Positions 1 to 6,337 of a DNA stretch of 14,352 nucleotides are shown piece by piece (position 1 is the first letter of the stretch; each line of letters starts with the position of its first letter). This DNA is from Nitrospirota bacterium. GTDB lineage: Bacteria > Nitrospirota > Thermodesulfovibrionia > Thermodesulfovibrionales > Dissulfurispiraceae. The notes under the pieces are model-generated. The model was not told the DNA's origin. It was given only the letters and a program-made list of their open reading frames with translations, and searched no databases. A program made the position numbers and the translations under genes. The stretch lies in contig JBFMCP010000055.1 of assembly GCA_040754455.1 (NCBI GenBank), positions 1 to 14,352 of the forward strand. Reading direction: 5' to 3'.

Positions 1-45
1 AAGATAGCTGAACATAAAGCCTTGCGGATCGTTGATGCCTCTCAT
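1..45 (-). CDS. Transposase N-terminus (partial, IS5/IS1182-like, DUF772-type start)
   Basis: GGAGG SD (50-54) then ATG at 45 gives MRGINDPQGFMFSYL..., matching the typical 'MRGxDxxQxxMFSY' transposase N-terminus. It is missing from the ORF track because it is truncated. Confidence 0.75.
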   Translation of the reverse strand, partial: MRGINDPQGFMFSYL

Positions 46-122
46 CATGCCTCCTGTGATGATGTCGTTCATCAACTATACCTTATACGTATAAACATTG
101 GAAGTAGTTTTTCAGCACCCTG
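1..122 (-). mobile_element. Left end of an IS5/IS1182-type insertion sequence (element continues off the left edge)
   Basis: Minus strand reads TTAG|CAGGGTGCTGAAAAA (108-122, flank 123-126), resembling the CAGGxTGCTGAAAAA ends and YTAG targets of this IS group. A transposase start lies 77 bp inside. Confidence 0.75.
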
Positions 123-316
123 CTAAATAGCAAGGCGGGCAACCCTCCGCCCCAACGGAAGACCACCAGAAATTCCGTCATTAACATTGCAGAAAAACCG
201 GATGGAAATACTGCCGGAATTGGATATTCCCCGAGACAACGGGTCTTTTCGCCCGCAAGATCATGAATAGCTAGGTACGGTTGCCCCCTCATTATTTATC
301 TTGAGGAACAAGACGC

Positions 317-773
317 ATGATTAGGAATTTGCCGCAATCATCAGACTTGAAAACTCTCGATTTCGCCCGGCTCTATTTGTCACGAGGGGTTTTCCATAAT
401 CCCTGTGATAAAGGGCACCAAGAAGCCTGCCCTTGCCTCATGGAAGGAGTTTCAGGAAAGGCACGCAGGGGATGATGAACTGAAGGCGTGGTTTGGAGGT
501 GGCAGTCATAACGGCATCGCCATTGTAACAGGGATCATATCGGGCATAGCGGTTGTGGATATGGACAGCCCAGAAGTCGTGGAGTTTGCGAAATCTCATA
601 ATTTTCCTCTAACGCCGCTTGTGAGAACCGGAAAGGGATACCATGCATATTACAAATACAGCACCGGCATGAGGAACTTCCAGAAGCTGGACGGCAGGAA
701 GTATTCGAGGGCTCAAAGGTCAAAGACGTTATGCCAGAGGAAAGCGCTTAGTTTAAAGGGGAGGTATTTATAG
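317..773 (+). pseudogene. Bifunctional DNA primase/polymerase (Prim-Pol) domain, frameshifted and truncated
   Basis: GAGGA SD (303-307) and ATG 317 give ...LDFARLYLSRG. An extra G in GGGG (386-389) shifts to FSIIPVIKGTKKPALASWKEFQ...NGIAIVTG..SGIAVVDMD...TPLVRTGKGYHAYYKY, with the Prim-Pol DxD and GxH motifs. Similarity stops after RNFQK (~685), before the expected D.R..GGYVVAPPS motif. Confidence 0.8.
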
Positions 774-908
774 GATAAATCCGTATCCAATGGAGATGCC
801 GGAGGGAGGCTCCTTACGGCCGAGCAGGTGACGGAGATTATCTCCTGTTCGCCCAAGACAATTTACAGCTGGGCCGAGCTCGGCCATATCCCCTCCGTCA
901 AGATAGGG
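771..908 (+). pseudogene. Excisionase-like helix-turn-helix (HTH_17/MerR-like) fragment
   Basis: Frame reads *DKSVSNGDAGGRLLTAEQVTEIISCSPKTIYSWAELGHIPSVKIG, a classic Xis-type HTH. A strong SD GGAGGT (760-765) is followed 5 nt later by TAG (771-773), where a start codon would be expected. Confidence 0.75.
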
Positions 909-1037
909 GCGGGCAGGAAAACCCTCTCCATGACGACGAGATACGCGCATCATTACTCCGAGAGTCTGAGGTCAAGCATCGAGGTCTTGGACCAAAAGTA
1001 CTACAAAGCCACAACGGTTGAAGGGAAGCGTGTTTGA
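909..1037 (+). pseudogene. C-terminal tail of a tyrosine recombinase/integrase
   Basis: AGRKTLSMTTRYAHHYSESLRSSIEVLD matches box II 'LGHxxxxMTxRYAH', with the catalytic Tyr at 942-944 and His replaced by Arg. The rest of the integrase is missing. Confidence 0.75.
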
Positions 1038-1063
1038 CCGTGGGGCAAAAATTCCTTTACAAT
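1034..1063 (+). promoter_or_regulatory. sigma-70 promoter of tRNA-Leu
   Basis: TTGACC (1034-1039), 18-nt spacer, TACAAT (1058-1063), 8 nt upstream of the tRNA 5' end. Confidence 0.65.
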
Positions 1064-1071
1064 CTTATGAA

Positions 1072-1153
1072 GCGAGAGTGGCGGAACTGGCAGACGCGCT
1101 GGACTTAGGATCCAGTGAGGCAACTCGTAGGGGTTCAACTCCCCTCTCTCGCA
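1072..1153 (+). tRNA. tRNA-Leu, anticodon TAG
   Basis: Acceptor stem GCGAGAG/CTCTCGC with discriminator A. D-loop has GG; anticodon stem CTGGA/TCCAG with loop CT-TAG-GA; long variable arm GAG-GCAA-CTC; T arm AGGGG-TTCAACT-CCCCT. CCA is not encoded (followed by CTA). Confidence 0.97.
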
Positions 1154-1156
1154 CTA

Positions 1157-1255
1157 AGGAGTGTCCGCCTAACTGTGTAAGTTAGAATTTCTAACCAAAC
1201 ACAGGAGGTGGACTATGGAGAAGAAAAAGGCTCCCCGGCCAGAGGAAGTAAAGGC
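1157..1255 (+). mobile_element. IS256-family left end with truncated transposase start (remnant)
   Basis: AGGAGTGTCCGCCTAACTGTGTAA resembles IS256-family IRL (GTCCG..AA.TGTGTAA). It is followed by the palindrome GTTAGAA-T-TTCTAAC (1181-1195), SD AGGAGG (1203-1208) and ATG 1215 (MEKKKAPRPEEVKA), then an abrupt switch to Fic sequence. Confidence 0.6.
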
Positions 1256-1622
1256 CCGCATACCCCGCCACCTTACTATGCAGTGCCCGTTCATGTGCGC
1301 CTATTCTGCGATGATTTTATCTGCGAGAATCGCCTCCACCGATGCATGAGAAATAGAATCGATCGCGGAGTTCCTCGCTTTTGCGGACTGGCGGTTTCAA
1401 TGGATTCATCCTTTCAAGGATTTCAATGGCCGTGTCGGGAGAATTTTGCTTTCCGCCCTGCTCTTCAAGCTGAAGCTTCCGCCTGCCGAAACCGTGCCTG
1501 TAGAACCGAAAGAACGGGAACAGTACCTCGCAGCCCTGCGTGCGGCTGGCGACGGAGATATCTCATTGCTTAAGGACATATGGATCGAGAGATTGCTGGC
1601 TGCATCACAAGGTGAAAAATGA
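1253..1622 (+). pseudogene. Fic/Doc-family protein, 5'-truncated, with frameshift and in-frame stop
   Basis: GPHTPPPYYAVPVHVRLFCDD, then +1 T in TTTT (1315-1318), then LSARIASTDA*(TGA 1347-1349)EIESIAEFLAFADWRFQWIHPFKDFNGRVGRILL...AASQGEK*. Fic motif HPFKDFNGRVGR at 1407-1442. Confidence 0.85.
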
Positions 1623-2071
1623 AAACGATTTTCAAAGATACCATGCAATGGGTCGAGCGGGAGCTTGGGGAAGGCAGAAATGACACTGTTCATGATTTCC
1701 TTGCTCATCTCGCGGAACAGATGATCGAAATGAATAAGACAAAAAACGCTGAGGTCAATGACTTCCTGAAATGGCTTGAACGGGAAATCGGCGCTGCGGT
1801 TGAAGATCTGACGAATAAGACGGCAATCAAGGTATACCATGAGAACGATTTTGATCATTTCCTCGGGGTGTTGAAAAAGAACAAAAAGAAAATATTCATA
1901 GACCTCTCCGACGGTAAAAAGCAAGAACTGCTTGAGAGGCATTTCACAAAGAGCCTGTCCGTCCTTGAGCCGTTAAAGGCAAAAATAAAGGCAACGGATG
2001 AGTTGATAGACGAGATTGTCTATAAGCTGTATGGGTTGACTGAAGAGGAAGTAGCAATAGTAGAACAATGA
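1619..2071 (+). CDS. Stand-alone protein resembling the C-terminal helical tail of type IIG (Eco57I-like) restriction-modification enzymes
   Basis: 150 aa ending in TDELIDEIVYKLYGLTEEEVAIVE, the signature tail of type IIG RM fusion proteins; VHDFLAHLAEQMIEMNK is also typical. ATGA overlap with the fic stop. Confidence 0.7.
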   Translation: MKTIFKDTMQWVERELGEGRNDTVHDFLAHLAEQMIEMNKTKNAEVNDFLKWLEREIGAAVEDLTNKTAIKVYHENDFDHFLGVLKKNKKKIFIDLSDGKKQELLERHFTKSLSVLEPLKAKIKATDELIDEIVYKLYGLTEEEVAIVEQ

Positions 2072-2375
2072 AAGAATGACTGCAGGAAAAGAGGAGCAGC
2101 CGATTTATCCCCGTCCTTACGAGCTACAGGTGGACGGTATGAACATCGTGGATTTCGGCGGTAAGGCAGTCAGATGCGTAAAGCCCTTCCAAATCCGGAA
2201 CCGTTGCTCTCGCCATAAAGCAATCATCAGGAGAGCCTCGGGCACCTCTCTCTTCCTGCCCTACGGCAGTGCACATGATTTGGGCAGACCGGCAGGGGGC
2301 AGTTGTTGATAACTTGTTATTAAATTGCCTTAAATGCCTGTCGAATCCCTCTGTATACGCCTTTTGCACCGATTC

Positions 2376-2392
2376 TGCCTAATTTTTAGGCA
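2376..2392. promoter_or_regulatory. 17-bp palindromic operator, NtrC/Fis-family-like (TGC-N11-GCA)
   Basis: TGCCTAA-TTT-TTAGGCA is a perfect 7-bp inverted repeat with an AT spacer, in an AT-rich intergenic region. Confidence 0.45.
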
Positions 2393-2677
2393 TCTAAAAG
2401 CATTAAAAAACAATGATATTTTCAGAAACCTACTTTTTTTGAAATGTCAATGAAATTTTTACTATCTTTTTAACACGCGAAAACAAAGGGATTCTTTTTC
2501 CTGCTGCTCCTTCTCCTGTAGATTGTCAGCGTAATGCCCGGAATAAAGGTCACGAATTGCCTGTTTCCGCCGATAATACATGGTGGGCGGATAAGGTTGT
2601 GTTGTCATGCTCTTTTTGTTACCATTGATGCTATACTTTTGCATAATAATGAATACGGAACCCAATCAGGAGGAAAG

Positions 2678-3439
2678 ATGATTGCTCGGAGCGCATGTAT
2701 GCTGGTGGTTGCCGCATTATTGTTAATGCTGCCTGTCACAGTGCAGGCGCAGACACCCGCGGGAGAGGCAATTAAAGGAAAGGCAGAAATCGAGGAGACC
2801 GCTCTCGAGCCTGAAGAGACCGCAGAAGAAGAGGTTGCGATTGCCGATCCGATCGAGCCATGGAACCGCCTGATGTACCACTTTAATGACAAACTCTACT
2901 TCTGGGTGATGAAGCCGATAGCAAAAGGCTACAATGCAGTCGTCCCCGAACCAGCGCGTATCTCGGTGAGAAATTTCTTCAACAATATCGGCATGCCGAT
3001 ACGCTTTGTGAACTCGGTGCTGCAGCTCAAGCTGAAGGCGGCAGGGAACGAGCTGGCCCGCTTCGGCATCAATTCGACGATCGGCGTGGCCGGGCTCTTC
3101 GATGTCGCCAAGGACCATTACAAGATCGAAGCACAGAATGAAGACCTGGGACAGACGTTCGGTCGCTACGGGGTGGGCGGGGGCATCTATATTGTGTGGC
3201 CTTTCCTCGGGCCGTCGACGCTGCGGGATTCTATCGGAAAAGTCGGAGATTACTTTCTCGACCCGGTCAGTTATATCGATCCCTTTGAGGCACGCCTGGC
3301 GATCCGGGCGTACGACCAGGAGAACAGGGCCTCGCTGCAGCTCGGTGAGTACGAGGATTTCAAAGAGGCAGCACTCGAGCCCTACATCGCCATAAAAGAT
3401 GCCTATATCGAAAACAGGAAAGACTTGATCAAGAGATAG
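2678..3439 (+). CDS. mlaA: MlaA/VacJ-family outer-membrane lipid asymmetry protein
   Basis: Motifs DPIEPWNRLMYHFNDKLY, NFFNNI, RFGINSTIGVAGLFD, EDLGQTFGRYGVG and PFLGPSTLRD. SD AGGAGG before ATG 2678; the 2534 start in the ORF track adds non-homologous sequence. Confidence 0.9.
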   Translation: MIARSACMLVVAALLLMLPVTVQAQTPAGEAIKGKAEIEETALEPEETAEEEVAIADPIEPWNRLMYHFNDKLYFWVMKPIAKGYNAVVPEPARISVRNFFNNIGMPIRFVNSVLQLKLKAAGNELARFGINSTIGVAGLFDVAKDHYKIEAQNEDLGQTFGRYGVGGGIYIVWPFLGPSTLRDSIGKVGDYFLDPVSYIDPFEARLAIRAYDQENRASLQLGEYEDFKEAALEPYIAIKDAYIENRKDLIKR

Positions 3440-3481
3440 GCCTTTTCATCAACAGTGCATCTTTATAACTTCCCGCGGAGC

Positions 3482-3510
3482 TTGCAGTCACCCTCCTTTT
3501 ATCTTATACT
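3482..3510 (+). promoter_or_regulatory. sigma-70 promoter for the oxidoreductase operon
   Basis: TTGCAG (3482-3487), 17-nt spacer, TATACT (3505-3510). Confidence 0.55.
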
Positions 3511-3537
3511 TTTAAAAAATAAAAGCCAGAGGTGGGT

Positions 3538-5298
3538 GTGGACTATTCGATCAAAATAGGTGGCGAAGCAGGACAGGGCATACAGACGATCGGCGATACC
3601 CTTTCACGGATATGCTCGCGGAGCGGCTACCATGTCTTCACCAATCAGGACTACGAGTCGCGCATCAGGGGCGGACATAACTTCTATCAGATACGCTTTG
3701 CCGACAAACCGGTTCTGGCGCCGCGGGACGTCATCGATATCATCATCGCCCTCGATAACGAGAGTATCATCCTCCACGAAAAAGAGCTCGCGGACAACGG
3801 TCTGATTATCTACGATTCATCGACGTTAAAGAAAAAATACGAGAAAGAGAACTTCCTCGATATACCGTTTGTAAAGCTGGCGGTTGAGCACGGCGGCAGC
3901 AAGATCATGGAAAACACCGTCGCGGTCGGAGCGGTCCTCGGCATGCTCGGCATGAAGATGGATATCCTCAGGGAGATCATCGGAGAGGTATTCCGCAAGA
4001 AAGGCGAGAGCGTGATCCAGGCGAATATCAAATCAGCTCAGGCAGGGTATGACTACGCGGTGAAGGAGTGCCCTATGTGCTCCTTCTCCATGGCGCCGTC
4101 TTCAAAGCCGAAGCTCATGGTGGCGGGCAACGATGCCCTGGGATTCGGCGCCATTGCATCAGGCTGCAAATTCTATGCAGCGTACCCCATGACCCCCTCG
4201 ACGGGGATCATGAACTACGTTGCGAGCAAGTCAAAGGAGTTCGGCATTATCGTAGAACAGGCGGAAGACGAGATCGCCGCCATCAATATGGCCCTGGGCG
4301 CTTCGTATGCCGGCGTGCGTGCGATGACCGGGACATCGGGCGGCGGCTTTGCGCTGATGGTCGAGGGCCTGTCGCTCGCGGGCATGATCGAGATGCCGGT
4401 GGTCATCGCCCTCGGGCAGCGGCCCGGCCCGGCAACCGGATTCCCGACCAGGACCGAGCAGGGCGAATTGCTCTTTGCCCTCCATACCGCCCACGGAGAA
4501 TTCCCGAGAGTGGTGTTCGCTCCGGGCACGCCCGAGCAGGCGCTTTTTCTCGTCAACAAGGCCTTTGATCTCGCCGAGAAGTATCAGATACCCGCGATCA
4601 TTCTCACGGATCAGCTCCTCGCCGATTCGCAGTGGACCTTTGATGCGTTCGATTTGAGCAAACTTAAATACAACGATTACCGTTTGAGTGGAGAAGAGTT
4701 CAGACGTCTTTCCGAATACAAGCGGTTCGCCTTTACCGAAACCGGTGTGTCTCCGCTGGGTGTACCGGGAGAGGCAAAGCATGTCGTGGTCGTTGACAGC
4801 GATGAGCACGACGAAGAGGGACACATCGTCGAAGACGCCGATACGAGAATCAAGATGGTTCAGAAGAGATTGCTCAAGAAATTGCCTCTTATCAGGGAGG
4901 AGATCGAGCCGCCGCTGCTCTACGGCGATGAAAAGCCCGAGATCGTGCTGGCGGGATGGGGCTCCATGTACGGCGTCATGCGCGAGGCGGTCGATGAGCT
5001 TTCAAAGGACAAGAGCATCGCAATGCTCCACTTCAGCGAGATCGCGCCGTTCCCTGCAACCGACAAATTTGATTATCTGAGCCTTTTGCAGAATGCAAAG
5101 CTTACGCTCTGTATCGAGCAGAACTCTCTCGGCCAGTTTGCCCTGTTCATGAAGATGCAGACAGGATACGAGTTCAATGGCTTGATTAACCGCTACGACG
5201 GCAGACCTTTTGCCGTTGAAACACTTTTAGGAGAGATCAATGCCCACATCGGCAGATTATACGGGACGCACGCCGGCATGGTGTCCGGGATGCGGTAA
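3538..5298 (+). CDS. korA: 2-oxoacid:ferredoxin oxidoreductase alpha subunit (gamma-alpha fused, KorA-like)
   Basis: IGGEAGQGIQ, YESRIRGG, YPMTPST, QAEDEIAA, TSGGGFALMVE and QRPGPATG motifs. Start GTG 3538 is preferred over 3532 because of SD GAGG at 3529-3532. Substrate cannot be assigned from sequence alone. Confidence 0.93.
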   Translation: MDYSIKIGGEAGQGIQTIGDTLSRICSRSGYHVFTNQDYESRIRGGHNFYQIRFADKPVLAPRDVIDIIIALDNESIILHEKELADNGLIIYDSSTLKKKYEKENFLDIPFVKLAVEHGGSKIMENTVAVGAVLGMLGMKMDILREIIGEVFRKKGESVIQANIKSAQAGYDYAVKECPMCSFSMAPSSKPKLMVAGNDALGFGAIASGCKFYAAYPMTPSTGIMNYVASKSKEFGIIVEQAEDEIAAINMALGASYAGVRAMTGTSGGGFALMVEGLSLAGMIEMPVVIALGQRPGPATGFPTRTEQGELLFALHTAHGEFPRVVFAPGTPEQALFLVNKAFDLAEKYQIPAIILTDQLLADSQWTFDAFDLSKLKYNDYRLSGEEFRRLSEYKRFAFTETGVSPLGVPGEAKHVVVVDSDEHDEEGHIVEDADTRIKMVQKRLLKKLPLIREEIEPPLLYGDEKPEIVLAGWGSMYGVMREAVDELSKDKSIAMLHFSEIAPFPATDKFDYLSLLQNAKLTLCIEQNSLGQFALFMKMQTGYEFNGLINRYDGRPFAVETLLGEINAHIGRLYGTHAGMVSGMR

Positions 5299-6091
5299 CT
5301 TTCCCATCCTCAAAACATTCAAGGACGCCATAGCCGAGCTCGGCCTCGAGCCGCACCGGTTCGTCATCGTCTCGGGTATCGGGCAGGCAGGGAAGTTCCC
5401 CCATTATCTCAAGTGCAACACCTTCAACGGGCTCCACGGGAGGACCCTCCCCGTTGCTACGGCAATCAAGCTTGCAAACCACGAACTGCAGGTGTTTGCG
5501 GTTACCGGAGACGGCGATTGCTACGGTGAAGGCGGGAATCATCTCATTCATGCCATCAGGCGGAATATCAATGTAAAGCTCTTCGTGCATGACAACCAGA
5601 TTTACGGGCTCACCAAAGGCCAGGCATCTCCTACCAGCGTGGAAGGGATGGTCACCAAGACGCAGCCCTACGGAGTGCTCGCCGAACATTTAAACCCTGT
5701 TGCCATGGCGATCGCCCTCGACTGCAGCTTTGTTGCAAGAGGATTCGCGGGAGACACGGAACACCTGAAGGGATTGATCAAGGAAGCGGTGAACCACAAG
5801 GGCTTCTCCCTCGTCGATATCTTCCAGCCCTGCGTGACTTTCAATAAGATTAACACCTTTCAGTGGTATCGCGAACACGTCTACCGCCTCGGTCCCGAAC
5901 ACAATCCCGAAGACAAGGTCGAGGCATTCAAGAAAGCCCTCGAATGGAGCGACCGCATTCCGATCGGCGTCATCTACCGGAGCAAGCGTTTGACGCTGGA
6001 AGAGCAGATCCCCGTCATCAAAGATACGCCGCTCGTGAAGCAACCTTTTGACCGAACGCCCTTAGAGAAGGCCTATCAAGAGTTTTATTAA
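5240..6091 (+). CDS. korB: 2-oxoacid:ferredoxin oxidoreductase beta subunit (TPP-binding, KorB-like)
   Basis: WCPGCG, SGIGQ, HGR, the GDGD...N TPP motif, YGLTKGQASPT and QPCVTFN. SD AGGAG upstream; overlaps the alpha gene by 59 nt. Confidence 0.95.
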   Translation: MPTSADYTGRTPAWCPGCGNFPILKTFKDAIAELGLEPHRFVIVSGIGQAGKFPHYLKCNTFNGLHGRTLPVATAIKLANHELQVFAVTGDGDCYGEGGNHLIHAIRRNINVKLFVHDNQIYGLTKGQASPTSVEGMVTKTQPYGVLAEHLNPVAMAIALDCSFVARGFAGDTEHLKGLIKEAVNHKGFSLVDIFQPCVTFNKINTFQWYREHVYRLGPEHNPEDKVEAFKKALEWSDRIPIGVIYRSKRLTLEEQIPVIKDTPLVKQPFDRTPLEKAYQEFY

Positions 6092-6147
6092 CAGCGCCGA
6101 CGATCATTCCTCATAAAAAGTCCCTCCATCCAGTGCCTTTGATTTGT

Positions 6148-6176
6148 TTGACAGAGATGCTGTTTCCTGATATCTT
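6148..6176 (+). promoter_or_regulatory. sigma-70 promoter upstream of the octaheme cytochrome
   Basis: TTGACA (6148-6153), 17-nt spacer, TATCTT (6171-6176), with extended -10 TG at 6168-6169. Confidence 0.6.
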
Positions 6177-6337
6177 TGAAGGAGAAACGCGAGCACTCTT
6201 CTCGATCAAATAATCTATAGCGCGTGGCAGTAGTCATTGGACACGAGTAATTTGCAAAGGAATTTTCTGCAGTGTAGAAAGTAGAGGGCTGATCCGGAGC
6301 GCTACACTATATACATGAAACAGGAGGTGAAGGTGCA

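Noticed and set aside
83..292. 69-aa minus-strand ORF
   Set aside because: Crosses the IS terminal repeat and has no recognisable features.
405..1037. Prim-pol, Xis and Int-tail fragments lie in one frame separated by a single TAG (771-773), suggesting amber read-through or pyrrolysine
   Set aside because: An SD directly precedes the TAG, so a mutated start codon is simpler. The prim-pol is also frameshifted and truncated, and intact genes here use TAG as a stop (mlaA).
1347..1349. In-frame TGA in fic as selenocysteine
   Set aside because: The gene also has a frameshift and no 5' end. The position is not a Cys-type catalytic site and no SECIS-like hairpin is evident.
1208..1573. 121-aa ORF from the track
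   Set aside because: It is a chimera of IS-end sequence, a short in-frame piece of fic and out-of-frame fic sequence.
2076..2369. Short ORFs 2076-2309 (+) and 2124-2369 (-)
   Set aside because: No recognisable motif or convincing SD; cannot be supported as genes.
6139..6210. FNR/Crp box upstream of the octaheme gene
   Set aside because: Only isolated half sites (TTGAT, ATCAA), not in TTGAT-N4-ATCAA arrangement.
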